Positions 25,109-37,102 of a DNA stretch of 64,000 nt are shown piece after piece. The notes below the pieces were generated by a model. That model saw only the letters and a program-made list of their open reading frames with translations, had not been told where the DNA came from and made no database searches. How positions within the stretch are numbered: the stretch's first letter is position 1; each line of letters opens with the position of its first letter. The stretch is from Squalus acanthias (taxonomy: Eukaryota): the NCBI GenBank assembly GCA_030390025.1, contig CM059432.1, forward strand, positions 104,534,001 to 104,598,000, in the 5' to 3' direction. Position numbers and translations under genes: made by a program.

Positions 25109-25631
25109 CTAAAAAAACAAAGAATATCCATTGTGGTTCTTCTTGGGAGCCCCGAAACAGGTTAATTGAAATATCCACTCAAATGAAGGCCTGACACAAA
25201 AAGATTAACAATGTCATTCACCAATGCAACTCAGAAACTTTACCAAATTGAAAGAAAACAATCATTTTAGATCTCGAATCTCACAGACACAAAATAGGAC
25301 ATCGTCCTGTAACTGTTTAATTCTCCAAAGTTCATTTTACTTTATTATTTTTAAGTCTTTGTGCATTTAACTAGGCTTTCTTAGATATCAAATGTATTCA
25401 TGTTCTCCGATACACAACAATTCCAATCACATTTATATTCAACAATTCAATACTTATAAAACTTGAATTGCTGATTCATTGTTATGGGTGATGAACTCAA
25501 AATTTAATAATTTGATCAGATACTCAATCTGTAGATTCTGACCCCACGTGACAGTGCAAAACAGGTCAGCCCGCCCCACACCATTCAAGATGCACCCCAC
25601 GGTCTGTAAACTCAGATTACTTAATATCAAT

Positions 25632-28343
25632 GGGGGGAATTTTAACCCAAAGACAAACGGGTGGGTTGTGGTCGGGTGGGAAGTTAAAATGTTAAAAGTC
25701 TGAATCCCGACCGCAACCTCCCTCCAACCCTCCCACTTCAGGTTTAAACGGAGGCAGGATGGGGGGTGGGGGCGGGCAGGCAGCCAACCCAGTTCCTGGC
25801 TTGCCTCAGATTTAACCACTATTTTAAATTTAACTGTAGCTGGTCGGGTTTTGCAGGCCTTGTAAAACCCGTCAGCTAAACTAAGGCGAGGACTGCTGGA
25901 TCCAGGAAGTAACTGCCTTTACATTTACCTCCTGGATCCAGCGTCCCTGCCGAACACACCCCCGTGATCAGAGATCCCCCCTCCCCAGGCCTCCGATTCC
26001 CCCCCCACCCCCACCTCAGGCTGCCAATCCCCCCCCACCCCCACCTCAGGCCGCCAATCCCACCCACCCCCCCCCACCTGTAGAATTCGCAATATATTGC
26101 GATTTTTATTAATAAGGAGAAAACACAGAGTGTCGTTCAAACAGCTTTTATTTCAGCAGAATGCTGTCAGGTTTCTCAAAGTGGACACAAGCAGCCTGTA
26201 AAATGGCCGCCGCACCTCGTGACAGAACATTCTAGACTTTTCGACAGGCAGACAAGATGGCGTTCCAATAAACATTTGTGCAAGATCGATTAAGATTCAG
26301 CACATTGAAGATAATACACGAGACATTATGGGTTTACAGTATACACATAAATACTGAAATCGGTCTCCCAGGTACGAATGAAAGCTATTGTACCGAGTAA
26401 TCAAGGGCCCATCCAAAGACATTAATATGTAAAATCCCAACGACTCTACGATGAGAGAGCCGTTAGCGGGTAGTTATACAAAACACTTGGAAGCCCCAAA
26501 ACCCCTCCAGGGAGAACACCGACCGATTTAACAATGGGAGAAATATTAACAGGTACTCAGACATTTACGAGTAACCCGAAACCCATTAAGAACGGAGATC
26601 ACCCATACAAGACATTTGAGCGCCAAACCCTAACAAAAGAAAGGACATTAAGGTTGGGCGGGAAACGGAAGATTTTGTACTATAATTACAAGCTCCAACC
26701 GTCCATCTTTCTCTTATTCTCTTATCCGATCGACTCGTAACCTCGTGGCTGCTCCTGTGTTTTGACTCGTAGTCTTGTTCCTGCTTGCCTGGTGCCTCTT
26801 TGAAAAAGACTGTTGAACTTTATGATCCGTTCGGATCTACCTCGTGTCGCGTAACGAAGACCTATGTTGGTAGCTGGCATCGGAACCAAAGGCCCGAGAT
26901 GAGATGAGATGAGATGAGATGAGATGAGATGAGAAGAGAGAAAGACCATACTCATCGCCACGGTCAGTAGATCCCGACCGCGCCTGTAGGTCGAATAGCC
27001 AAGTTTTCCTTGCTAGGGAGACTTCTTCGAACTTGCAAGAATAGACCTTGGAAGATCCTCCAAGATAATATTGACTGGTCTGTGAAACCCATTCGGACTG
27101 TGCCTGTTAAACCAACCAACACAGATCTTCATCACAGCAGACGGTCCAGCCTGCTAGCCGGAGCAGAAGCAAGTAAACAAGTGGGACCAGGAGATCTCCT
27201 GATCGACACGTGGGTGCTGCGGTGAAAAACATCCGATCAGCTATTCGGAATTTCTCCGAGTTATCACGAGTGGTGAGCATGAGTCTCGAAATCCTACGAA
27301 TCTAGCTAGGACAGATATTGATAGGGGAGGGTTTAAGTATTAAGGATACTTGTAATGTGTGCCCCTATTTACGGTGTGTCGTTCATTCCTCGTTTCCCTA
27401 GGATTAGCTATATAACTGCTTGTAAGATTGTACTGTCATTAATCTGTGCTTATGACATGTATTTCGTAATCTTAAATATCATGCAATAAAGATTTTCCAT
27501 TTCGTACCATTCAACCGAGTCTACATGAGTTTCATCTCCATTACTGCTCTCGCATCTAAGTCCAGTGTCTAGAACCGTAAGGGCGAGTGATTCGAACCAC
27601 TCACAGGTGTGTCTAGTGCTCCCAGACTGGCTGGAGACCAGAACAGGCAACAAGGCCTAAACCCGCACTGACATACAGGCTGCACAGAGCCGCGTGAACC
27701 TCACAGGCTGCGAGACACGCACGGTCAGAATCCCTTACACACCCCGCACAAGGCCTTTCCCCCAGCCCCATGCTCCTCCAATCCCTCAATCATGCTGCTC
27801 CGCCCCCTCCACCCCCCCCTCGTGCTGCTCCTGGCCTCCCGTGTTGCTCCTAGCCCCCCGATCTGCTGCTCCTGGCCCCCTCATGCTGCTCTCGACCCTC
27901 CAATCTGCTGCTCCTGGACCTCCCCTGTGTTGCTCTTGGCCCTCCGATCTGCTGCTCCTGGCCGCCCGTGCTGTTCCCGGCCCCCCGGTCACACGCTCCC
28001 AGTCCCACAATGATCACATGCACCTCCCTGCTCCTCCTGCCCTGCGATGGTCACCCACACCCATCATGCTCCTCTGGCCGTCCCCTGACCACCCCACCAA
28101 CCCCCACGTGAGTCCTGCCTCTCTTCTCTCTGCGGCTTAGTGCCGCAGGCCTACCCGCCCGGAGCCAGCCAGCCTCTCAATCTGTGGCTGCGGGGGGGGG
28201 GGGGGGGAAACAGAGTTTTCCGATGCAAATCAGGCCCTGCCGTTAAATTCATCAGGGCCTGCGGGAAACCTGTCCTCCTGGGTTTCTCAACCGCTTCCAA
28301 GCCACCCCTGCACCCAACCTGCCTCCCGATTAAAATTCAGGCC
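25632..28343. mobile_element. Non-autonomous Harbinger-type element carrying a nested solo LTR
   Basis: TIRs GGGGGGAATTTTAA / TTAAAATTCAGGCC; TSD AAT both sides. Confidence 0.75.
26079..27739 (+). mobile_element. Solo LTR, 1661 bp
   Basis: TGTA...TACA termini; 4-bp TSD CACC; AATAAA at 27485; internal (GAGAT)n at ~26896-26932. Confidence 0.82.
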
Positions 28344-28376
28344 AATTACTCTAATTCAGTTCGGATCCAAAAATAG

Positions 28377-29060
28377 AGGGACTTAATGGCCGCGACTCTG
28401 TTCATGGAGGCGGGTTGGAGTCGGGAATGGAGCTCGGCGGGTTCCAGACCCGCTGTTGGCTCCAGCCAGCGTTTCGACACATTTTTGGTTTAATTGGGCT
28501 AATTGAGCCCACCGTGTGGGTTACCCACCCTCATCACAAGGTGCGGGTCCGTTCAGCTGCTCTGCTGACGCGTGTGCAGCCGAAGTACTTAAGGGGGCCA
28601 TTCCACAGTTACATCTGAAGTCGTTTTTGCTGCTTCTGACTGCTGCTGGTGCTCAATATGTCTACAGACAGACAGAAGGCAGCTCCCCTGTTCAATGAGG
28701 AATCCCTGCATGTTCTTGTTGAGGGAGTCAGAGCTCGTCGTGAGGTCCTGTACCCGGGAGATGGAAGAAGAAATCTCCTCAGCAGACGAAGGCAGCCTGG
28801 CTGTGAATAGCTGGGGAGGTCAATGCCAGGTCAATGGTAACACGCACATGGATTTAATGCAGGAAGAGGTTCCATGATCTCCCATGCACAGGAAAAGTGA
28901 GTATAAAAGCACAATTCTTTTAATTCTGCTGTGCCTATCATCACATCCCCATCACTCTGCATTGCCAACCCTACCCCTGCACATCCTCACTCAACCCAGC
29001 ATCACTTGCACCAGCAACCTTCCCTCTCTCCCTATGTACAGAATCCCCATTCTGTATTGA
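28377..29060 (+). mobile_element. Harbinger left-end fragment with decayed Myb/SANT exon 1
   Basis: KAAPLFNEESLHVLVEGVRARREVLYP...tgcaggaagaggttccatgat...ggaaaa|gtgagt, homologous to 4600-4900. Confidence 0.75.
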
Positions 29061-29079
29061 TTCAAAATCTCAAGCTCAC

Positions 29080-29287
29080 AGTCCATGTCTTCACACAAGC
29101 CTGGTGTGGTGAAAGTCCGGGCAGTAGGCTTGAGGACTTTTAATTTCTTCCTCTTTATCCTAATTCTTTTGTTACTCTTTGCTTGTCTAACCAGGGGATT
29201 TTTTTGTAACTCCTTTACAGCATCTGTCTGCTGTGAAAGGACTGATATCAACTCCTCATCCTCCTGCGCAATTTCTTTCACTTTTCC
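29080..29287 (-). CDS. Exon B of candidate unidentified gene
   Basis: Acceptor cccctcccatatactaacag|GGA; donor GAC T|gtgagc; 208 nt, phase 0 to 1, no stop. Confidence 0.45.
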
Positions 29288-29911
29288 CTGTTAGTATATG
29301 GGAGGGGTGTAATGACATAGAGTAAAGGGGAAGGGGAACGCTGAGGATCCAGTTGAGAGCAAGGTTCCCTCTAACTTTTTTTGTACTGAGCGGGCCACAA
29401 ACTTCTTTGAGCGCAACCTTTTTGTCCGTGGGCACATTTTACAACAACAACTTTTTCAACGACAGCAACAGCAACCACTTAGAAGCAGATATACAGTCAT
29501 GCCATATTGCCACCCCACTGACTCAAATCATGAGACAATCAGACAAACTCTTAAAAATCATGAAAGCAGTTGCTCTTTATTGGTTTATAAGCCTCATTAG
29601 TGGCTTTATTTAATCTCTAACAGGTCACAGCTCTTACAAAAACTATATTACACGTGTCTCGTGTTAGAATTTGCTCTGTCAGGTGTCCCATCAATGTTAA
29701 TCATAACCAGGGGTCATTGTCCGATTAGGATATGCTAATATTGGAGATTAGTCGGGACAATGGGGGAGTAGGAAGAAGCAGATGAGTCAGCAACATCCCC
29801 ATGTGAAGTGTTAATAGCAGATTGGCCAGAACAATGGCGACACCAAAGAAAACACATAGCAACTATTAGCAACATAGCAAGGTCACATTAACTATCTGGG
29901 ATTGTCCAGGT

Positions 29912-30236
29912 TACATAGAAACATAGAAGATAGGAGCAGGAGTAGGCCATTCGGCTCCTCGAGCCTGTTCCGCCATTTAATGAGATCATGGCTGATCATC
30001 CAAATTCAGTACCCTATCCCTGCTTTCTCCCCATATCCCTTGATCCCTTTAGCCTTAAGAAATATATCTAACTCCTTCTTGAATATATTTAATGAATTGG
30101 CCTCAACTGCCTTGTGTGGTAGAGAATTCCACAGGTTCACCACTCTCTGGGTGAAGAAATTCCTCCTCATCTCAGTCCTAAATGGCTTACCCCTTATCCT
30201 TAGACTGTGACCTCTGGTTCTGGACTCCCCCGCCAT
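29912..30236 (-). mobile_element. CR1 LINE 3' end
   Basis: SRTRGHSLRIRGKPFRTEMRRNFFTQRVVNLWNSLP plus tail. Confidence 0.92.
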
Positions 30237-30395
30237 CTGTTATCTTCCGTTCCTTTGTAAATTCAGACAGGAAACATCAGGTTAAATTGATTAGCAGTTA
30301 AACCATCAAGATGGCATTATGTCAAGGTCTGGAGGTTTGGTGAGAAGGAACGTTGCTTCAATATACATTCTGGGCAAAGTCTCACTCATCTCATG

Positions 30396-30939
30396 CTACC
30401 TCTCCTCACACATCCCATTCTACCTCCCCTCACACATCCCATTCTACCCCTACTCACACGTCCCATTCTACCTCTCCTCACACATCCCATTCTACCTCCC
30501 CTCACACATCCCATTCTACCTCTCCTCACACATCCCATTTTACCTCTCCTCACACATCCCATTCTACCTCTCCTCACACATCCCATTCTACCTCTCCTCA
30601 CACATCCCATTCTACCTCTCCTCACACATCCCATTCTACCTCTCCTCACACATCCCATTTTACCCCTACTCACACATCCCATTCTACCCCTACTCACACA
30701 TCCCATTCTACCTCTCCTCACACATCCCATTTTACCTCTCCTCACACATCCCATTCTACCTCTCCTCACACATCCCATTCTACCTCTCCTCACACATCCC
30801 ATTCTACCTCTCCTCACACATCCCATTCTACCTCTCCTCACACATCCCATTCTACCTCTCCTCACACATCCCATTCTACCTCTCCTCACACATCCCATTC
30901 TACCTCCCCTCACACATCCCATTCTACCTCTCCTCACAC
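30396..30939. repeat. 24-bp minisatellite (CTACCTCTCCTCACACATCCCATT)n, ~22 copies
   Basis: Direct tandem repeat with few variants. Confidence 0.97.
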
Positions 30940-31385
30940 TTTTACTCTGCTACTATCCTGTTCACTATTTACTACATTGCCAAGTTTTGTATCATCTGCA
31001 AACTCCAAAATTGTACTCCCTATACCCAAGTCCAGGTCATTTATATATAACAAGTAAAGCAATGGTCCTAATACTGACTCCTGGGGGACTTCACTGCATA
31101 ATACTCTCCAGTCAGAAAAACATCCATTCACCACTACTCTCCGCCTCCTACCCCATAGCCAATTATGTGCCCAGGTTACCACTATCCCTTTAATACTATG
31201 TGCTTCTATTTTCCGAATAAGTCTGTTATGTGCTACTTCATCAAATGCCTTTTGAAAATCCATATATATATCTACTACACTACCTTCATCAACCCTCTCT
31301 GTTACTTCATCAAAGAACTCAATCAGGTTAGTCAGACACGATTTGCCTTTAAAAAATCTGTGCTGGCTGTCCCTTATCAATCCAT
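30940..31385 (-). mobile_element. CR1 LINE RT fragment
   Basis: KGKSCLTNLIEFF, MDFQKAFD, FADDTKLG. Confidence 0.9.
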
Positions 31386-31811
31386 CTGAACCACAGGAGT
31401 AGATTTAACGTCTCATCCCAAAAACAAACAGACTGGATGTTGTTGGTGGAAGGAAAACACTTGATGAACCAAATGACTTGTTCTGTTACGTTTTCTAATT
31501 ATTATGCCAGGCATTAGCTGGTGAGAAACTAAAGCTGGAGTTAACGTGCACTCAGTGCAAATATAAACCCGTATGAGACTCATGCCTTACGCCTTTAGTA
31601 CCCTCAGTTATCTCTTGGGTTATACCACCACTTTTTCATTGAAGTGCACCCAAAACCACTTTCCATGGGAGCAAAAGCGCTTGTAGAACTGCAGCCAAAT
31701 TTAAGATTAAAAAGTGCTTCCCTGTCCCTCCCGCCTTAACCAGACACACATCATTCACATCAACATTTCCAGTTCAGGACCGTCTTCTTGTGTTACACAT
31801 CCACAGCTCAC

Positions 31812-32017
31812 CTTTTGATGCATTACGCTGCATGAATTGAAATGTGAAACATTAAAATAAAAGTTTGTGTGAAGAGGTTCACCAAGACACTCACTGTCTA
31901 GAGATCGGGAAAGTTCTGAAACATCGAGGGGTGATCCATTTGCAAAGCTGCAACGCATCGCCGTCGTCCTCTTGGCTTCAGTTCCAAAAACATTGGACAT
32001 TTTTAAGGGTTCAAAAC
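31812..32017 (-). CDS. Exon A of candidate unidentified gene (ATG at 32000)
   Basis: Acceptor poly-T aaacgtcactcag|GT; donor AAG|gtgagc (phase 0); open frame MSNVFGTEAK...VMHQK. Confidence 0.45.
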
Positions 32018-32168
32018 CTGAGTGACGTTTAAAAAAAAACACCTTTGGACGTTAACGTTTGTTTACTTAAAAATAAACATTTACATTAAATAAATATACG
32101 GACGTTAAATATGTGATAATTTTTTTAAAAAGTTAACCTAAAAAATAAATATATTCCAGCAAGCAATA

Positions 32169-34739
32169 TGTTGCATATCTCATTCCTTCCTGGTTTGGAG
32201 TGCTTGGGAAAGCAGGAATGGCCACTTATTATGGACAAAATTGAGAGGTCGCACAACACCAGGTTATAGTCCAACAGTTTTATTTGAAATCACAAGCTTT
32301 CGGAGCTTACTACTCCTTCGTCGGGTGAAGTAAAAAGATACAGAATCGCCAAAGCATATATAGATAGAGAACAATGCATGTGTACCTTACAATTGCAGAC
32401 AACTAAATTAAATCATCCTGACTATCTGCCGAGGTGTGATAAAGTTAATCAGGTCAGCCAGGAAGGTACCACATCAAAGACATAGCAAGATACAACTGAG
32501 ACAATGAGGTGGAGTCGCAGGGGGTCTAACGTGTCAAAAGCTGCCGTCTGTATGTAAAACGAAAAGCTTTAAAATTTTTGCTTTTTTACTGGGAAAATTT
32601 TTACTTTTTTACTGGGAATCACATCTGTGAACAAGCCAACGATGACTCGAGTCCGGATCACGTCATGTATCGTGACATAAACCCAAGATCCCGGTTGAGA
32701 CCGTCTTCATGAGTGCGGAACTTGGCTATCAGTTTCTGCTCGATGATTTTGCGTGTCGCGTGTTTCTAAGGTTGCCTTGGAGAACGCTTACCCGCAGATC
32801 CGAGGCTGAATGTCCTTGACTGCTGAAGTGTTCCCCGACTGGGAGGTAACAATCCTGCCTGGCGATTGTTGCACGGTGCTCGTTCATACGTTGTCTCAGT
32901 GTCTGCATGGTCTCGCCGATGTACCATGCCGCGGTGCATTCTTTCCTGCAACGTATGAGGTAGACAACGTTGGCCGAGTCACATGAGTATGTACCATGTA
33001 CCTGGTGGGTAGTGTCCTCACGTGTGATGGTGGTATCTGTGTTGATGATCTGGCATGTCTTGCAGAGTTTGCCGTGGCAGGGTTGTGTGGTGTCGTGGTC
33101 GCTGTTATCCTGAAAGCATGGTAATTTGCTGCGAACGATGGTACTTCTGAGGTTAGGCGGCTGTTTGAAGGCAAGTAGTGGAGGCGTGGGGATGGCCTTA
33201 GCGAGGTGTTTGTCGTCATCGATGACATGTTGAAGGCTGCGAAGAACATGGCTTAGTTTCTCCGCTCCGGGGAAGTACTGGACGACGTAGGGTACCCTGT
33301 TGGTTGTGTCCCGTGTTTGCCATCTGAGGAGGTCTATGCGATTTTTCGCTGTGGCCTGTCGGCTCCGCATCATGACCACTTATTATGGGCCAAAGGCTTG
33401 GTGGAAAAGGCATTTGATGTGAAAGTAACAGCCTGTAGGCTTCACAAAATCCCCCAGAAACTCGAACAGAACTCTAAAGGGAGTGATTTTTGGACCTTTC
33501 ATACAAACTTGGGATGATGGGACCTAAGTGAAGTGATTTGAGGTAAAAACCTCAGTTTTGGACATTTTAAAGATCAGGGAAGAAAAAACCCTGAGGAAAA
33601 TGACTTTTGAATCTTACTGTTGGGAAAGACACCTTTCATAGACACAGACAGGCTGCGGAGGGGCGTGGCCAGGCAGTGGACAGCTTTGGGTGTTGGGGCC
33701 CAATCAAGCTGTCTGGGAATTGTTTACACTGCATTCCTACCAAGGAGGAAGAGACAAACCCAAAGCCTCACACACACATCAAAATATGAATAATCCAAGA
33801 CCTCTTTTGAAATTCCCAGGCCCAAACAGGATACCAGAAGCCTGAAATCAATAAAACATTTAGTACCCTGATTACTTCATCAAAAACCAATCAACCAGGT
33901 ATCCATAGGGACAGATTTACAAGCCCGCCAAAAAACCTAGGACAATAGGGACAAGATTTGGCGCGCAGATAAAGGCCCTGCCTAAATGGGAAACATCGGA
34001 AGCCATCAGGACATGTTTAACACCAAGTTAAAGCCATCAAAACTAACAAGCCCGCCAAAACTAAGACAATGGAATAAACAGGGCTCATTTGAAATCTAAA
34101 GGAAACCGATTTAGTAAGGGGTTTTGGGCGCGAAAAGGACAAAGGGGCTGAACAGTATAATTGGGGGCCTAATCCCCCAAGACTCTCTCTCTCTCTCTGG
34201 ACTCTCTGACAACGCTCTCAACGCTCGCACAGCTCTCTCTCTCTCAGCTCTGTTCCAGCAAGACACCACAAGCCACGAGCAGGAGGAGGAAAGAAGACCA
34301 ACAACTTCACAAGCAGACCAACACGCAAGAAGAAACCTCGCGGCAACAAGGGCCTTACGAAACCTTTTACTCAAAAGACTCTAAACCCTAACTCTCAACT
34401 GTCAAGGATTCATTTGGTGAGCATTATCCCTGATCTCCTGAAACCAAAACCTAGCTAGATAGTGGGATTTTTGGGAGGGATAAGGTTTTTTTGTATATTG
34501 TCATTCTCCCTCGCCTGTACCGTGTGTTCCCCAACCTGTGTTTAAGTGTTAAGTGTGTTTTAAGTTTGTTACCTTTTTCTTTTAATAAAGTCAAAATTCT
34601 TTCATCAGAACCTGTTGTCTACTGCATCTTTGTTCACAACCCCTAAGTAAGTCCATAGTCTAGAACCAGGGGCGTGGGAGTGATTCGAACTGCTCACTGA
34701 GTCAGAGGTGAAGGCTGACCCCACACACCACCCCCTACA
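32169..34739 (+). mobile_element. Probable solo LTR interrupted by a Penelope element; left end uncertain
   Basis: AATAAA at 34584; ends ...CCCTACA; U5 motif shared with the LTR at 26079; no matching TSD found. Confidence 0.55.
32235..33375 (-). mobile_element. Penelope-like retroelement, 5'-truncated, GIY-YIG endonuclease
   Basis: VVYLIRC..C...YIGET..TLRQRMNEHR..PVGEHF; TSD CCACTTATTATGG; 3' hammerhead remnant and AATAAA. Confidence 0.9.
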
Positions 34740-36368
34740 AGCCTCACGCAGAGGATGCCCCCCATCTGAGTAGTCCCGGTGTGTTCGGCTGTGAATTCTG
34801 GTGGTTTCGGGTGACGATGTCTGTTGGAGCAACCCCAGTTAATGCTAATGTCATTTTCTGTGGTGCGTTTTCAGATTCGATGTATTCTGTGCCCATAAAA
34901 GGAACGTGTGAACTTTCGCCATGCAATAACTGGCTCCCGCGGTGAGTTGTTCCAAAGTGAGGCCGTCGCTCAGTCCCCGGGAACCGACTACACGCGCCTC
35001 CATGGAAAAAGAACCAGCAGAATCCCGAGACAACGCTCGCCGGGTTCCAGGGCTCCGTAGCTTAGCAAACGCTGTTCCAATTCAGATCGGCTCTGTGGGC
35101 CCCTCCCCCTGCTCCAGCTCACTGTGCGCGGCCTTTGAATTTGAGTGCGTGGAACCTTACAGATCGCTGCACCCGCGCATCTTACAGGGAACATTGGTCG
35201 AGAGTACCAGTCCGTTTCTTGGTTCACCCTATTACTGCCTCTCTCACTGCTGGGTTCAACATTCCAACTCCGATTCTGCATCACTTTAGACCATGTTTAC
35301 AACTCTCACATTTTGCCTTTTCACTAAACCTGTTACCTTCTTGGTTTGTGTGGCTCAGCTCTGCACTGACCAATGCATTTGCCAACCCCTAATAATTGGC
35401 TCAACTGCGGATATAAGTTCACTGCCAGAAGCCATGTAACTCATGATCAGAAATGAAACATAACCTTACATTAACAATGTTTGGACACACTTTTACACAG
35501 GGTTTGTTGTTTTCTGAATAGTCCTGTCAGCATTAAAAATAACCGCCATTTGGAAAATGGCCATCGTTGTTAGACAATGATGTGCCAGTGCAGTTCCAGG
35601 AGCTGTTTTATTTCACGGTGACGTTTAGCAGAAGTTTAATAGGCCAGCGAATGCAAAGTGGTTTTAGGTTTGCAGCCTAACAGGTGTGAAATCAGGAATC
35701 TAGGAAAGTCGTGTGCGACTTGTATGGTCAGAGTAAGAGGGGAAAGGGCACGAGCAGAAAATGGGGAAATACAAGCCATTTTGAAGCACTCTGGAAGGCA
35801 GATACATTGAAAAAAAGTTGCAAAGCACTAAACTAGAATGGAAGCAAACTGAAGGAAACATTGAAAGGAAAATGAAGCTAAGGGAAAAAGAGTTACTGGA
35901 AATCTGCAGAGGGAGAGGGGAAGGCAGGAGGGAAAGTATATCAACTCCAATCCAAATGTAATTCGATCTTTCTATTTATTATGAAATAGCCTTGAAACAT
36001 CCCGAATTAGTTTTTTTTGCGCACGCACCGCTAACTTTACCCAAAGTTTTGCAATTCTCCCCTGGCGTTTCTTTCAGCACGGCTCAATCGGTCCTGATTT
36101 AAACCCGGAGAAAGAAGTCGATGCCAAAGGTTCGGCGGAACGGGTCAAGCAGACCCATCTTAAAAATAAACTCGGATCCTTCAATCAGAAAAGATAAAAG
36201 TTGATCGGAAGAGGATAGATTATTTCAGACTGAAACCGAAGCAAAGTTCATATGAAAGTAAAAGTTAAAAGGAGAACTTTCAGGTTTGGCCAGTCAGTGT
36301 CTCCGGTGAAGGAGTTAGCTGGGATTTTGCTATCGAGTTAGCTGGGATCCTGGACTGGTGTGCTGGAG

Positions 36369-36487
36369 ATGGATCGCTTCTCTCACATAACCCCCCACAG
36401 CTCACCATTTACATCCAGGAATAACACAGAAAAAACTCGCCTGGTGCCGGATAAAACGAGCAAGCTGTCTTCTTTGAAAGGGGAAAG
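36369..36487 (+). CDS. SLC30A8: Zinc transporter ZnT8-like, coding exon 1
   Basis: ATG...TEKTRLVPDKTSKLSSLKGE(S) resembles the ZnT8 N-terminus (ERTYLVNDKAAKM); strong donor AAG|gtaaga; phase 2 matches exon 2. Confidence 0.68.
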
Positions 36488-37102
36488 GTAAGATTTACAA
36501 TTTTAACCCAGTTCCATGCTGTTAGTGACTCGCTCACGGGACAAGTTTCTGGAGTTACTGTGAGCGGCTGTTCGGGCGGGTGGGTCTGACTGTATTCACC
36601 GGGACCTTTCTATATACACTTCACTCAATACAACTCTGCGGGAGTCTGTCTTGTATTTTAATTGCCGTTTTCTTGGCTAGTGCGGCAGTAGTAACCTGCA
36701 TCAAATAACGCGGTACCCTCACTGGGAGATGTACATAACCAAATGCTGTTCATTAACATTTGATAAAACAATAAGAGGGCAAAGCCAAAAAGTAGACAAA
36801 TCGGTTGACCTGTCTAAGCAACAGGCAGTTAATCCTGAGATGAGTCGTGTGCACAAAGCTGAACCCTGCGACCCCAGAGCAAACTGGGCGCAAAGATCCG
36901 ATGAATGAGTAACCTTCAAGCAGCAGGATGTGCAAAAGTTTAACGGGTCATTCAAATCGGGGCCTTTCCTCCGAGGGAGAGATGTTGTAGTGAGTGCAGA
37001 TCTGGCTGAGTCCATCCACCAAGGCTGCAGTTACACCGCACCCAGATTCTGCCTGGAGGGGTTCCTGTAGGGGCTGCTCTTACACACCTTCCATTTTGTT
37101 AT

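Noticed and set aside
30319..31193. Long ORFs of 183-266 aa (YLSSHIPF, SHSTSPHT, LPLLTHPI repeats)
   Set aside because: Produced by a stop-free 24-bp minisatellite that is open in several frames.
34874..34940. Small + strand exon-like segment upstream of SLC30A8
   Set aside because: Splice-like sites only; no homology or partner exon.
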